DNA of 64,000 nt from Ilumatobacteraceae bacterium (GCA_025358075.1 JANYKU010000020.1:428-64427); one strand, 5' to 3'; shown: positions 1 to 10,061, numbered from the stretch's first letter. Notes: generated from the sequence alone by a model not told the origin. Numbers and translations: made by a program.

Positions 1-1590
1 CAGCGGCTGCGAGCGGTCGAACACGCCCACGTTGTCGAGCCCGAGGAACCCGCCGGCAAACAGATTGTCGCCTTCACTGTCCTCGCGATTGACCCACCAC
101 GTGAAGTTGATGACCAACTTGTGCAGCATCCGTTCGAGGAACTCGAAGTCGCTGCCCCCATCGATCTCGAAGACCCGGAGTGCAGCCCACGCGTGCACCG
201 GTGGGTTGACGTCACCGAACGCCCACTCGTATGCGGGCAACTGACCGTTGGGGTGCATGTACCACTCGCGGCACAGCAGGATCAGCTGCTCCTTGGCGAA
301 CGTCGGGTCGACGTGGGCCAGGGCGACGGCGTGAAAACCGAGATCCCACGCCGCATACCACGGGTACTCCCACTTGTCGGGCATCGAGATCACGTCGTGG
401 TTGTTGAGGTGCCTCCATGCCGCGTTGCGACCCTGTCGACGCGCTGCAGGTGGAGGCGGCTGTGCTGGGTCGCCGTCGAGCCAGCGAGCGACGTCGTAGT
501 GGTAGAACTGCTTGCTCCACAGCATGCCGCTGAGCGCTTGGCGCAGCACCATGGCCTCTTCATCGGTGGTCTTCGCTGGCCTCAGCGCGGCGTAGAACTC
601 GTCGGCCTCGGCGCGGCGGGCGGAGAGCACGTCGGTGGCCTGAGCGGTAGGCGCGACTTCGTCGCGGTGCAGGCGAAGGGTGATCTCCGCAGTTGCTCCT
701 GCAGCGACAGCAACCTGATACCACAAGGCCGCCTTCGTGCCGGCCTGCGCCGGGTTGGTCGTTTCGTGGCCGTCGACGACGTGGTCGTTGATCGCGTCCT
801 TGGGGAATGCGGCACCGTCGACGTTCCACAAACGTTGGGAGTTCGTTTCGTTGTCGCAGAACAGCAGCTGCGGCGAGCCGTCTCCGGAGAGTTGCATGCT
901 CGGATGCGAATGGTGGTTGGCGACCAACCCGTTCTCGGCGGCGACGATGCCGGGCTTGCGGTCGTCGAGCCCCCACGACCACGTGTTGCGGAACCACAGC
1001 GTTGGCAGCACGTGCAGCGTTGCATCGTCGGGCCCGGCGTTGCGGATCGTGACCCTGGCGACGATGTCGTCGATGTCGGCCTTCGCGTAATCGACGACGA
1101 TGTCCCAATAGCGGTCGTCGTCGAACAAGCCGGTATCGAGCAGTTCGTACTCCGGGTCGCCCGACCCGCGGCGGTCGTTCTCGTCGACGAGTTGCGAATA
1201 CGGGAACTCGGACTGCGGGTAGAAGTACCGCCATCGCATCCACGAGTGCGTCGGCGTCGAGTCCTCGTGGAACCAGTACTCCTTGGCATCCTCGCCATGG
1301 TTGCCCTGCGTTCCGGTGAGGCCGAAGATCCGTTCTTTCAGGATCGGGTCGCGCCCGTTCCAGAAGGCGAATGCGAGACAGAGCGTCTGGGTGTTATCGC
1401 AAATGCCGGCGAGGCCATCCTCGTTCCAGCGGTAGGCGCGCGACCGCGCATGATCGTGCGGGAACGAATCCCACGCGGTGCCGTTCTCGCTGTAGTCCTC
1501 ACGGACCGTGCCCCAAGATCGCTCCGACACGTACGGCCCCCAGATCTTCCAATCGGGGTCGGCGAGCCGGGCGCGTTCTGCATCGTTCAT
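1..1590 (-). CDS. GH63 / MGH1-like glycoside hydrolase (glucosidase); the 3' end runs off the left edge
   Basis: My own translation of the minus frame from the ATG at 1590 gives [40 protein letters not shown]..., then [20 protein letters not shown] and [20 protein letters not shown]. The frame stays open to base 1, so it is absent from the ORF track. The listed 121..1974 + ORF is its antisense shadow. Confidence 0.8.
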   Translation of the reverse strand, partial: MNDAERARLADPDWKIWGPYVSERSWGTVREDYSENGTAWDSFPHDHARSRAYRWNEDGLAGICDNTQTLCLAFAFWNGRDPILKERIFGLTGTQGNHGEDAKEYWFHEDSTPTHSWMRWRYFYPQSEFPYSQLVDENDRRGSGDPEYELLDTGLFDDDRYWDIVVDYAKADIDDIVARVTIRNAGPDDATLHVLPTLWFRNTWSWGLDDRKPGIVAAENGLVANHHSHPSMQLSGDGSPQLLFCDNETNSQRLWNVDGAAFPKDAINDHVVDGHETTNPAQAGTKAALWYQVAVAAGATAEITLRLHRDEVAPTAQATDVLSARRAEADEFYAALRPAKTTDEEAMVLRQALSGMLWSKQFYHYDVARWLDGDPAQPPPPAARRQGRNAAWRHLNNHDVISMPDKWEYPWYAAWDLGFHAVALAHVDPTFAKEQLILLCREWYMHPNGQLPAYEWAFGDVNPPVHAWAALRVFEIDGGSDFEFLERMLHKLVINFTWWVNREDSEGDNLFAGGFLGLDNVGVFDRSQPL

Positions 1591-1673
1591 GCCGGTGAAG
1601 TCTCTCCTACTTCGGGCTCGCTACATGCAACGGTCCGCTGTCACGGATACGGTTGCCGGCGCACGGTACAACT

Positions 1674-3575
1674 ATGGACATCCGCTTCGGAACCCAGGTG
1701 TGTGGATCGCTCGAGGCAGCCGCGAGTCGAGAGTGGCTCGTCACCGACGGTCTCGGGGGCTTTGCCATGGGAACGGTCGCTGGGTTGCGCACCCGGCGGT
1801 ACCACGGCCTGCTGGTGGTCGCGACCGAACCGCCGATCGGTCGACGACTCGGCCTTGCCGCGCTCGATCCAGTGCTGGTGTTCGACGACCACAGCGTCGA
1901 ACTGGCCACGAGGGAGTGGGATTCCGGTGCGATCGCACCTCACGGCCACGACTACCTGGCCGGGTTCGAACTGATCGAAGGCGTGCCGCGCTGGACCTGG
2001 CAGGTCGACGACGTCGTCATCGAAGCGGAGCTGGCGATGTTGCACGGCCGGCCCGCTGTCGGCATCGTCCATCGATTGGTGCATGCAACGCGTCCTGTCC
2101 AATTGAAACTCGCGGCGGTGGCCACGTGGCGCGACGTCCACGGCGAGCGCTTCGCTGACGGCGAGCCCCCGGTGGCGACAACCGCCGACGGGTTCATCTT
2201 CGACGACGCCTATCGCGTGCGCGGGCCCGGCTTCCACCCATCGATCGAATGGTGGTACGGGTCACATCAACGCGAGGAAGCGGCCCGAGGTTTGCCGGCG
2301 AGCGAGGACCTCGCTCACGCCGGAGATTTCACCGTCGTGCTCTCGCCGGGCGACGTGGCCGAGGTCGAGGCGTGGGCCGATCACGTCACCGGCGACGTTC
2401 CGACCGCGACCGACATCGTCGCCGCGGCACGGCAGCACTACCGGCGAGTAGCTCATCGGGCCAAGGCGAGCACTCCAATTGATCGGGTCCTCGCCCATGC
2501 CGCCGATCAGTTCATCGTCGCCGGACCGACCGTCGTCGCCGGCTATCCGTGGTTCGGCGACTGGTCGCGCGACACGTTCACGTCCTTCGAGGGCCTGTTC
2601 CTTTGTACCGGTCGCTACGACGAAGGCCGACAGCTGCTCTTGCGAGCAGCGGCGACTGTCTCGGAGGGGATGCTGGCCAACACGGCCGATGTCGGCGGCC
2701 AGCCCGAGTACAACACGGCCGACGCGACGCTGTGGTTCTTGCACGCGGTCTGCCGGCACATCGAGGTCACGGACGACCTCGAGCTGTTGATCGAGCTGCT
2801 GCCAACGATCTCGTCGATCATCGACGCCCACCTCGCGGGCACGCGCTACGGCATCCGCGTCAACCCCACCGATGGCCTCGTCACGCAAGGCGCCGATGGA
2901 CTGGCCCTCACCTGGATGGACGCCCGCGTCGACGGCTCGCCGATCACTCGCCGAGCCGGCAAGACGGTGGAGATCAACGCCCTGTGGATCAGCGCGCTCA
3001 CTCGGCTGGCTGACCTCGCGGTGAAGGAACACGTCGACGGCAGCACGTGGCGAGCTGCCGCAGATCGGGCTCGCGCGTCATTTGCGCGACGGTTCATCAC
3101 CGATACGGGATCACTGGCCGATGTCGTCGATGGGCGCGATGGTGACGACCACGCGTTGCGACCCAACCAGCTCATCGCCGCGGCGTTGCCCAGTGGCCCG
3201 CTCGACTCTGCGGCGATCGCCGCCGTCGTCGACGCTGTCGCGCCGTTGCTCACCCCAATCGGCCTGCGATCACTGGACCCGTCCAACCCGGCATACCAGG
3301 CCCAGCATCGAGGCAACCAGGCTGAGCGCGACATCGCGTATCACCAAGGAACTGTCTGGCCGTGGCTGATCGGCCCGTACGTCGAGGCGTGCGTGCGATC
3401 GGGCCGTTCGATCGATGGAGTGCTCGAGGGCCTGGTGGGTCACCTCGCCGAGTTCGGTCTCGGGTCCGTGTCGGAGACCGCGGACGGGAGCGCTCCGCAC
3501 GGGGCGACCGGCTGCCCGTTCCAGGCGTGGTCGGTGGCCGAGCTGCTCCGGGCCCGTCAGCTCCGGCGCGCTTGA
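1674..3575 (+). CDS. Glycogen debranching enzyme (amylo-alpha-1,6-glucosidase family)
   Basis: This is ORF 1653..3575. I prefer the ATG at 1674 over the TTG at 1653. The N-terminus reads MDIRFGTQVCGSLEAAASREWLVTDGLGGFAMGTVAGLRTRRYHGLL, and the C-terminal part looks like a six-hairpin GDE_C region (HQGTVWPWLIGPY, FQAWSVAELLR). It is divergent from the GH63 gene. Confidence 0.85.
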   Translation: MDIRFGTQVCGSLEAAASREWLVTDGLGGFAMGTVAGLRTRRYHGLLVVATEPPIGRRLGLAALDPVLVFDDHSVELATREWDSGAIAPHGHDYLAGFELIEGVPRWTWQVDDVVIEAELAMLHGRPAVGIVHRLVHATRPVQLKLAAVATWRDVHGERFADGEPPVATTADGFIFDDAYRVRGPGFHPSIEWWYGSHQREEAARGLPASEDLAHAGDFTVVLSPGDVAEVEAWADHVTGDVPTATDIVAAARQHYRRVAHRAKASTPIDRVLAHAADQFIVAGPTVVAGYPWFGDWSRDTFTSFEGLFLCTGRYDEGRQLLLRAAATVSEGMLANTADVGGQPEYNTADATLWFLHAVCRHIEVTDDLELLIELLPTISSIIDAHLAGTRYGIRVNPTDGLVTQGADGLALTWMDARVDGSPITRRAGKTVEINALWISALTRLADLAVKEHVDGSTWRAAADRARASFARRFITDTGSLADVVDGRDGDDHALRPNQLIAAALPSGPLDSAAIAAVVDAVAPLLTPIGLRSLDPSNPAYQAQHRGNQAERDIAYHQGTVWPWLIGPYVEACVRSGRSIDGVLEGLVGHLAEFGLGSVSETADGSAPHGATGCPFQAWSVAELLRARQLRRA

Positions 3576-3584
3576 CAAGGGGGC

Positions 3585-4367
3585 TCAGTACATGGCCCCG
3601 GACTTGGCGTCGGCCGGACGGGCGCCACGGGCGATTGCCAGATCGGCGGTGAGCGAACCCTTCAAGGCCAACGTGTCGCTGGTGACCGTGATCATCCGGA
3701 AGCCCTGCTCGAGCCGCCGCTCGACCAGCGCCGCGGTCGCGTGGATGCCTGGCACGATGCCGGCCTTGCGGCAAGCGGCCACGATGGTCTGGAGGGCGTC
3801 GTCGAACTTGCTCTCGCCGTCGTTGTTTCCCGGCTTCAGTCCGAGCGTGATCGACAGGTCGGCCGGACCGACGTAGATCGCATCGATCCCTGGTACGGCG
3901 AGGATGCCGTCGAGGTTGGCAATGGCCTCGACGGTCTCGATCATCGGGATGATGGCGATGCCGTCGGTCGACCATTCGAAGTGGTTCGCCCGGCGCATGC
4001 CCGCCACGACCGGGCCAAAGCTACGTGCGCCCATCGGTGCGTAGCGACCGGCACGGACGACCGCCTGGGCCTCGGCGACAGAGTTGACCATCGGGACGAT
4101 CACGCCCTCGATACCCGCGTCGAGCATCTTGCCGATGATGCCGGGCTCGTTCCAGGGCACACGGCAGATCGGGGTTCCGCCACCGAGCAGGACGGCCTGC
4201 GCCATCGCCACCGTCTGCTGGTAGTCGTTGACGCCGTGCTGGTTGTCGATGCACACGTAGTCGTACCCAACTCGTGCGGCCGTCTCGGCGCTGATGATCG
4301 AGGGGATGGTCAGCCACACACCGAGTGTGTCGCGGCCTTCGTTCCACTGGGTTCGCAAAGTGTCCAT
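3585..4367 (-). CDS. HpcH/HpaI family 2-keto-3-deoxy-acid aldolase
   Basis: The 260-aa ORF contains GVWLTIPS...AARVGYDYVCIDNQHG...RVPWNEPGIIGKMLDAGIEGVIVPMVNS...MIETVEAIANLDGILAVPGIDAIYVGPADL, which is typical of the HpcH/HpaI aldolase fold. Confidence 0.85.
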   Translation of the reverse strand: MDTLRTQWNEGRDTLGVWLTIPSIISAETAARVGYDYVCIDNQHGVNDYQQTVAMAQAVLLGGGTPICRVPWNEPGIIGKMLDAGIEGVIVPMVNSVAEAQAVVRAGRYAPMGARSFGPVVAGMRRANHFEWSTDGIAIIPMIETVEAIANLDGILAVPGIDAIYVGPADLSITLGLKPGNNDGESKFDDALQTIVAACRKAGIVPGIHATAALVERRLEQGFRMITVTSDTLALKGSLTADLAIARGARPADAKSGAMY

Positions 4368-4379
4368 CGCTCGGTTCTA

Positions 4380-5303
4380 TCAGGTCGGTGGGGCGACGAT
4401 CGTGGCCGGTCGCCCGGCGAGCACGTTGAGTGCGTTGTCGATGGCGTGCGAGTACAACCGGCGCCGGCCGGCCACGGTGGCCGAAGCGACGTGCGGTGTG
4501 ACGATCACGTTCGGGTGGAGCAGCAGCGGATGCCCTTCGGGCAACGGCTCCGGGTCGGTGACGTCGAGCCCCGCACCGGCCACCTGCCCCGAATCGAGGG
4601 CGCTCAACAGGGCGTCCTGGTCGACCAACCCACCGCGTGCACAGTTGACCAGATAGACACCGTGCTTCATCGACGCCAACGTGTCGGCGTTGATCATGTG
4701 GTGGGTGTCGGCGACCGAGGGGGCGTGCAACGAGATCACGTCGGACTCGGCAAACAGGCGGTCGAGGCCGACGAGCCCGGCGCCCTCGGCTTCGCTGAGG
4801 TATGGGTCATAGGCGAGCACGCTCATGCCGAGTGCTCGTGCTGCGGCGCCGACCCTGCGGGCGATTCGGCCGTAACCAACTAACCCGAGCACCGTGCCAT
4901 CGAGCTCGAGGGCGGTGCCCGTCGTGGCCCCCGCAAGGCCCTGGCGGGCGCGTTCGGTCTGCGCGGGAAGGTTCTTGACGATGGCGAACATCAACATCAA
5001 GGTGTGCTCCGCGGTCGACACGGAAGGTGCGTCGGGCGCGTTGCACACGATCACGCCGGCCGCGGCGGCCGCCGGCACATCGACGTTGTCGTAGCCGATC
5101 CCGATGCGCGAGATCACCTTCATGCTCGAGCCGAGCGCGAAGGCCTGGGCGTTCCACGGACGCTTGGCGCCGGCGAGCACGGCCTGGGCCGTACCGAGGT
5201 CGGCGTCGTCGGGACCGACCGCGATCGCGCGACCCTCGACGAGGTCGCGATACGCGTCGGGCAGCGGATGGTCGAAGAACAGAATCGGAAGATCGTCGTG
5301 CAT
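4380..5303 (-). CDS. D-isomer-specific 2-hydroxyacid dehydrogenase (PGDH-like)
   Basis: It has the NAD-binding motif VLGLVGYGRIARRVG plus CARGGLVD and VTPHVAS motifs. The ORF opens at 5441, but in-frame ATGs at 5315 and 5303 fit the divergent VOC gene better. The start is uncertain by about 12-140 nt. Confidence 0.85.
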   Translation of the reverse strand: MHDDLPILFFDHPLPDAYRDLVEGRAIAVGPDDADLGTAQAVLAGAKRPWNAQAFALGSSMKVISRIGIGYDNVDVPAAAAAGVIVCNAPDAPSVSTAEHTLMLMFAIVKNLPAQTERARQGLAGATTGTALELDGTVLGLVGYGRIARRVGAAARALGMSVLAYDPYLSEAEGAGLVGLDRLFAESDVISLHAPSVADTHHMINADTLASMKHGVYLVNCARGGLVDQDALLSALDSGQVAGAGLDVTDPEPLPEGHPLLLHPNVIVTPHVASATVAGRRRLYSHAIDNALNVLAGRPATIVAPPT

Positions 5304-5349
5304 TCGTCGCACCATATCGGGGCAGGCATCGACGGATATGGTGCGGGCC

Positions 5350-5829
5350 ATGCTCGACCACTCACGGTTCTTCCACATCGGCATTCGGGTGACCGACATC
5401 GGGGCCGCTATGGCGGAGATCGGCAAGCAGGCCGGGGTCACCTGGGCGTCGGTGCAGGACCGGCCGATGTCGGTGTGGCTTCCCGAGTCCGGCCCCGCTG
5501 TTTTCCAGCTGGCGCTGACCTATTCGATCGAGGGCCCCGTTCACCTCGAGCTGCTCCAGGGCCCCAAGGGATCGATCTGGGATGCCAACGACGGGCCCGG
5601 TGCCCACCACTTCGGGTACTGGTCCGACGACGTCGGCGCCGACACCGAGCAGCTCCTCGCCGATGGGTGGACGCTGGAGATCGCCGCAGCAGCACCGAGC
5701 GACGGCTACGGGCGGTTCACCTACGTGCGTTCGCCGTCGGGTTACCTCGTCGAGCCGATCTCGATCTCCAGCAAGCCGCGCTTCGAGCGATGGTGGGCGG
5801 GCGGATCGCTCAGCGATCCGGTGTCGTAG
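5350..5829 (+). CDS. VOC (glyoxalase/bleomycin-resistance/dioxygenase) family protein
   Basis: Only the 3' part of ORF 5104..5829 is credible, starting at the ATG at 5350: MLDHSRFFHIGIRVTDIGAAMAEI...GAHHFGYWSDDVGADTEQLLADGW...FTYVRSPSGYLVEPI. Confidence 0.7.
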   Translation: MLDHSRFFHIGIRVTDIGAAMAEIGKQAGVTWASVQDRPMSVWLPESGPAVFQLALTYSIEGPVHLELLQGPKGSIWDANDGPGAHHFGYWSDDVGADTEQLLADGWTLEIAAAAPSDGYGRFTYVRSPSGYLVEPISISSKPRFERWWAGGSLSDPVS

Positions 5830-5840
5830 CCTGGCGGGGT

Positions 5841-7229
5841 ATGACCGATCAGTCCGCGACGCCCGATCTTTCCGGGCGCGCCCGGCGGCATCTGTGGATG
5901 CACTTCACCAGCCTCGGAGCGTTCGCTGATTCCGAGGTCCCGGTCATCTCCCGTGGTGAGGGTTGCTACGTGTGGGACCAGCACGGCAAGCGGTACCTCG
6001 ATGGTCTGTCCGGGCTGTTCACGGTGCAGGTCGGTCACGGTCGATCCGAGCTCGGCCAGGCCGCCGCTAAGCAGGCCGAGACGCTCGGGTACTTCCCGGT
6101 CTGGTCGTTCGCCCACGAGCCGGCGGTCGAGTTGGCGACCCGCCTGGCCGCGTTGGCGCCAGGCGATCTGAACCGGGTGTTCTTCACACCGTCGGGCGGC
6201 GATGCTGTTGATACCGCGATCAAGTTGTCCAGGCAGTACTTCAAGCTCCGTGGCGAGCCGGCGCGCACCAAGGTCATCTCTCGAACGCTCGCCTACCACG
6301 GCACGTCGATCGGCGCGCTCAGTGTCACCGGCATTCCGTCCATCAGGACTCCCTTCGAGCCGTTGATGCCCGGGGCGATCAAGGTCCAAACGCCGTACCG
6401 GTATCGCTGCCACGATTGCCAACATCTCGATGCGTGCACCCTGCGTTGCGCCGACGACCTCGAGTTGCGCATCGAGATGGAGGGCGCCGATTCGGTCGCC
6501 GCGGTGTTCATGGAGCCGCTGCAGAACACCGGCGGAGCCTTTGCTCCACCCGGGGGGTACTGGAAGCGGATCCGCGAGATCTGCGACCGGCATGGTGTGC
6601 TGCTCGTCAGCGATGAGGTGATCTGCGCGTTCGGGCGACTCGGCCACATGTTCGGCTCCGACCGCTACGGATATCAACCCGATCTCGTAACGTTCGCCAA
6701 GGGTGTCACCTCCGGGTACTCGCCGCTCGGTGGTGTGATGGTGTCGGACCGCATCGCCGAGCCGTTCCTCGACGACCCCAACACGTTCCTGCACGGCAAC
6801 ACGTTTGGGGCACATCCGGTCTCCTGTGCGGTGGGCATCGCCAACCTCGACATCCTCGAACGCGAAGACCTTTGCGGGCACGTGCTTGCCAACGAGGCTC
6901 GCTTCACCGAGCTGCTCGATGGTTTGCGTGACATCCCGATCGTCGGTGATGTGCGCGGCGACGGTTACTTCCGAGCGATCGAACTGGTCAGCGATCAGGC
7001 GACCAAGGGAGCGTTCACGCCCGAGGAATCGCAGTGGTTGTTGCGAGGGTTCCTCTCGCCACGGTTGTACGAAGCCGGGCTGATCTGCCGGGCCGACGAC
7101 CGGGCAGAGCCGGTCATCACCTTGGCCCCGCCGTTGATCGCCGGTGAGGAGGAGTTGTCGTTCATCGCCTCCACGTTGCGTGCCGTGCTGAGCGCCGCCT
7201 CGGTCGAGCTCGCGGCGCGCAGGAGTTGA
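5841..7229 (+). CDS. Class-III PLP aminotransferase (omega-transaminase type)
   Basis: This is the 3' part of ORF 5004..7229, starting at the ATG at 5841. Motifs include HLWMHFT, YLDGLSGLFTVQVGHGR, LLVSDEVICAFGRLGHMFG and TFAKGVTSGY (PLP lysine). Confidence 0.9.
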   Translation: MTDQSATPDLSGRARRHLWMHFTSLGAFADSEVPVISRGEGCYVWDQHGKRYLDGLSGLFTVQVGHGRSELGQAAAKQAETLGYFPVWSFAHEPAVELATRLAALAPGDLNRVFFTPSGGDAVDTAIKLSRQYFKLRGEPARTKVISRTLAYHGTSIGALSVTGIPSIRTPFEPLMPGAIKVQTPYRYRCHDCQHLDACTLRCADDLELRIEMEGADSVAAVFMEPLQNTGGAFAPPGGYWKRIREICDRHGVLLVSDEVICAFGRLGHMFGSDRYGYQPDLVTFAKGVTSGYSPLGGVMVSDRIAEPFLDDPNTFLHGNTFGAHPVSCAVGIANLDILEREDLCGHVLANEARFTELLDGLRDIPIVGDVRGDGYFRAIELVSDQATKGAFTPEESQWLLRGFLSPRLYEAGLICRADDRAEPVITLAPPLIAGEEELSFIASTLRAVLSAASVELAARRS

Positions 7230-7230
7230 G

Positions 7231-7488
7231 ATGCGCCGCTCCATAGACGACTATCCGTTCTCCGTCGACGACCTTCCCGTCGGTGCCGACGACGCGACGC
7301 TGGTCTCCTGGGCGGTGGCCATCTCGGACGACTACGACGACACCGAGCCGAGGGTCGTGTTGACGGTCGAGGAAGTCGGGCATGCCGGCGAAGGCCTGGT
7401 CGCCCACCTCGGCCCCGAGCACGTCCGACGCCTGCGTGTCGCGTTGCGCGACGCACTGCGCGAGATCGGTGAAGATCCCGGCGCGTGA
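7231..7488 (+). CDS. Small acidic hypothetical protein (85 aa)
   Basis: The ATG lies 2 nt after the aminotransferase stop. Third codon positions are strongly G/C, as in real genes here. I recognise no family. Confidence 0.45.
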   Translation: MRRSIDDYPFSVDDLPVGADDATLVSWAVAISDDYDDTEPRVVLTVEEVGHAGEGLVAHLGPEHVRRLRVALRDALREIGEDPGA

Positions 7489-7510
7489 TTGCGGAACGGC
7501 CCCTCTGCGG

Positions 7511-7566
7511 CTATTGTTGACTATCTGAGTCGGATTTATCGGAATTCGACACGCTGGCCAAGGAGA
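7511..7566 (+). promoter_or_regulatory. AT-rich putative promoter/operator and RBS upstream of the sulfite reductase gene
   Basis: This is a local AT-rich patch in GC-rich DNA. It contains TTGACT at 7517-7522, the near-palindrome TCGGATTTATCGGAATTCGA at 7530-7549, and AAGGAGA at 7560-7566, which is 5 nt before the ATG at 7572. I could not assemble a clean -10 hexamer. Confidence 0.25.
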
Positions 7567-7571
7567 ACCGA

Positions 7572-9362
7572 ATGACCGTGACCCCGATCATCCCGGCGCC
7601 GCGTGACCTCGATGCCGAACAGCAGCGCGATATCGACCGGTTCGAGCGGGCCGTCGCCCAATACCTGTCCGGCGAGATCAGTGAAGACGTGTTCAGAGTG
7701 ATGCGTTTGAACAACGGTGTCTACGGCCAGCGTCAGGGCGGCACGAACCAGATGGTGCGCATCAAGCTGCCGGCCGGCACGATCACGCCGGAGCAGCTCG
7801 ACCTGATGGGTCACCTCGCCGACACGTACTCGCGAGGGTGGGGTCACATCACCACACGACAGAACGTGCAGATCCACTTCGTCGAGCTCACCAAGGTGAG
7901 CGAGGTCATGCGCGCCCTCGGTGCCGTGGGCTTGACCACCCGCGAGGCATGTGGCGACACGGTTCGCAACGTGATGGCGTGTCATCTCGCCGGGGCCTGC
8001 CCGCACGAGTTCCTCGACGTGACCCCATGGGCCGAGGCGGCGTTCCGTCACTTCGTGCGCAACCCACTGGGGCAGCGACTGCCGCGCAAGTTCAAGATCA
8101 ACTTCTCTGGTTGCTCCACCGACTGCGGCCAGGCGATGTTCAACGACGTCGGCGTGATCGCCACGAGTCGCACGCTCGAGAATGGTTCCACCGAAGCCGG
8201 CTTCCGCGTGTACATCGCCGGCGGGCTCGGTGCCAACCCGCATCCCGCACTCGCGCTCGAGGAGTTCACGTCGCGCGAAGATCTGCTGCCCACGATCGAA
8301 TCGGTGCTACGAGTCTTCGACCAAACCGGGAATCGTGACAACAAGTTGAGAGCCCGCATGAAGTGGGTCGTCGACCAACTCGGCATCGACGAAGTCCGTC
8401 GTCGTGTGCTGAGGATGCGTCACACGCTTCCGGCGTCGTCGTCGTGGCCGGGTGGGATCCCCGAGATCGTGCAGAAGGTGGGCGATGCCCCGGCCGGACG
8501 TTCCAGCACCATCGAGGCCACCGCGGTGGGTCAGGGCGTGGCGGTCTCCATGACACCCCGCGACCCGTATCAGCGTTGGGCTGCGACCAGTGTCGTGCGC
8601 GGTACCGCGAACGGCGCCGTCTCCGCCGTCGCCTACGCCGCGCTGGGCGATGTGACCGCAGCGCAGTTCCGCGCCCTTGCAGCGATCCAACGCGAGTTCG
8701 GTGCCGACGTGCGGCTCAGCAATCGCCAGAACGTGGTCTTCCGAGGTCTCAGCGAGGCGCAACTGCCCGTGCTGTACGCCCGGTTGGAGGTCATCGGCAT
8801 GGCTCGTCCGGGTGCCGAGCTGGCTCGCGATGTCGTCGCCTGCCCGGGCGCCGACACCTGCAACATCGCCGTCACCCAGTCGCGCGGGCTCGCCAAGGCG
8901 ATCGGCGAGAAGCTCGAAGAAGAGGGTCTGGCCGAGATCGGTGGAGTGCGGATCAACATCTCCGGCTGCACCAACAGCTGCGGTCAGCACCATGCCAGCG
9001 ACATCGGCTTCTTCGGCGCCGAGCGGCGCGCTCACGGCCGCGCAGCCCCCGGCTACCAGATGCTGCTCGGCGGCTACGTCGGCCAGGAGCAGATCTTCTT
9101 CGGTGAGAAGGCGCTGCGCCTGCCGGCCAAGGCGGCGCCCGACGCAGCGGTTCGGGTCATCCGCCGCTTCGCCGACGAGCGCAACGCCGGCGAGACGTTT
9201 CGCGGATGGATGGACCGCTCGGGCGGGGCAGCCGGCATCGCCGAGGGCTTGAAAGACCTCGACTTCTTCCCGGCACCGGCCGACGCTCCGGAGTTCTACG
9301 CCGACTTCGATGAGACCGGACCATTCGTGGCCGAGGTTGGCGAGTCGGAGTGCGCAGTCTGA
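7572..9362 (+). CDS. Ferredoxin-dependent sulfite (nitrite/sulfite) reductase, SirA/NirA type
   Basis: The 596-aa protein has two NIR_SIR repeats. The siroheme/4Fe-4S cysteine motifs CPGADTCNIAV and SGCTNSCGQHH are present. Confidence 0.9.
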   Translation: MTVTPIIPAPRDLDAEQQRDIDRFERAVAQYLSGEISEDVFRVMRLNNGVYGQRQGGTNQMVRIKLPAGTITPEQLDLMGHLADTYSRGWGHITTRQNVQIHFVELTKVSEVMRALGAVGLTTREACGDTVRNVMACHLAGACPHEFLDVTPWAEAAFRHFVRNPLGQRLPRKFKINFSGCSTDCGQAMFNDVGVIATSRTLENGSTEAGFRVYIAGGLGANPHPALALEEFTSREDLLPTIESVLRVFDQTGNRDNKLRARMKWVVDQLGIDEVRRRVLRMRHTLPASSSWPGGIPEIVQKVGDAPAGRSSTIEATAVGQGVAVSMTPRDPYQRWAATSVVRGTANGAVSAVAYAALGDVTAAQFRALAAIQREFGADVRLSNRQNVVFRGLSEAQLPVLYARLEVIGMARPGAELARDVVACPGADTCNIAVTQSRGLAKAIGEKLEEEGLAEIGGVRINISGCTNSCGQHHASDIGFFGAERRAHGRAAPGYQMLLGGYVGQEQIFFGEKALRLPAKAAPDAAVRVIRRFADERNAGETFRGWMDRSGGAAGIAEGLKDLDFFPAPADAPEFYADFDETGPFVAEVGESECAV

Positions 9363-9943
9363 GCAATCGTTACGACGCTGCGGTGGCAGCGATCGATGCC
9401 GCCAACGCAGAAGATCCCAACACCGTCAACGTGCGCGGTCGGAAACTGCCGTTGGCGTTGGCTCACGGACAACTGGCCGCCGGATGGATCGAGCAACTCG
9501 TCGACGAGCCGGACGAGGGCTTGCTCCTCGCGGCTCGTGCTCATCACTTGCTGCGGTGGCAGGTCAGCCGCGATTCCTACCCGGCGGGTCGCCCGGGGTA
9601 TCTGCGCTGGCGGAGGGATCAGAAGGCTCGACACGCCGGCGACGTGGCCGAGATCCTCGAGGCCTGCGGTTACGCGGCGCCGGAGATCGAGCGCGTGCAA
9701 CGTCTGATACGGCGCGAGCAGGTCGACGGTGCCCAAGCCGTGGAAGACGCCGCCTGCCTAGTGTTCATCGAGACCCAGCTGGCTTCACTGGCGGCGCGCA
9801 TGGATCACCAGTTGATGCTCGAGGTGATCCGCAAGACGGCCCGAAAGATGAGCAAGTCGGGTCTCGACCTCGTCGCATCGATCCCGCTGACCGATCCGGA
9901 ACAGGCCTTGCTCGGCGAAGCCCTCGACGGGCCACCGGCCTAG
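9350..9943 (+). CDS. DUF4202 family protein
   Basis: The GTG start overlaps the sir stop by 13 nt. Characteristic strings are AAIDAANAEDPN, LAARAHHLLRW, YPAGRPGYLRWRRD and VEDAACLVFIE. Confidence 0.75.
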   Translation: MRSLSNRYDAAVAAIDAANAEDPNTVNVRGRKLPLALAHGQLAAGWIEQLVDEPDEGLLLAARAHHLLRWQVSRDSYPAGRPGYLRWRRDQKARHAGDVAEILEACGYAAPEIERVQRLIRREQVDGAQAVEDAACLVFIETQLASLAARMDHQLMLEVIRKTARKMSKSGLDLVASIPLTDPEQALLGEALDGPPA

Positions 9944-10061
9944 CCGCCGCGGAGAATGGGCCAAATGGCCTACTTCGAACCCATTGACACTCAGGGTGGT
10001 GACCGGCAGTCTTAGGACCGCACGACGGGCCTCCCCCCGGAGTGTGAGGACGGTTAGGCCG

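Noticed and set aside
121-1974. This is a 617-aa plus-strand ORF, together with several 80-240-aa ORFs on both strands over the same ground.
   Set aside because: Its composition is Arg/Val/Gly/Pro-rich junk, and it lies antisense to a well-reading GH63 frame that is open from 1590 to base 1. This is a typical high-GC shadow ORF.
9987-10045. An inverted repeat, ACACTCAGGG...CCCGGAGTGT, shares the GGAGTGT core with the palindromic elements A and B.
   Set aside because: The arms face the opposite way (ACACTC first), the loop is unrelated, and the pairing is imperfect. It is probably a coincidence and not a third copy.
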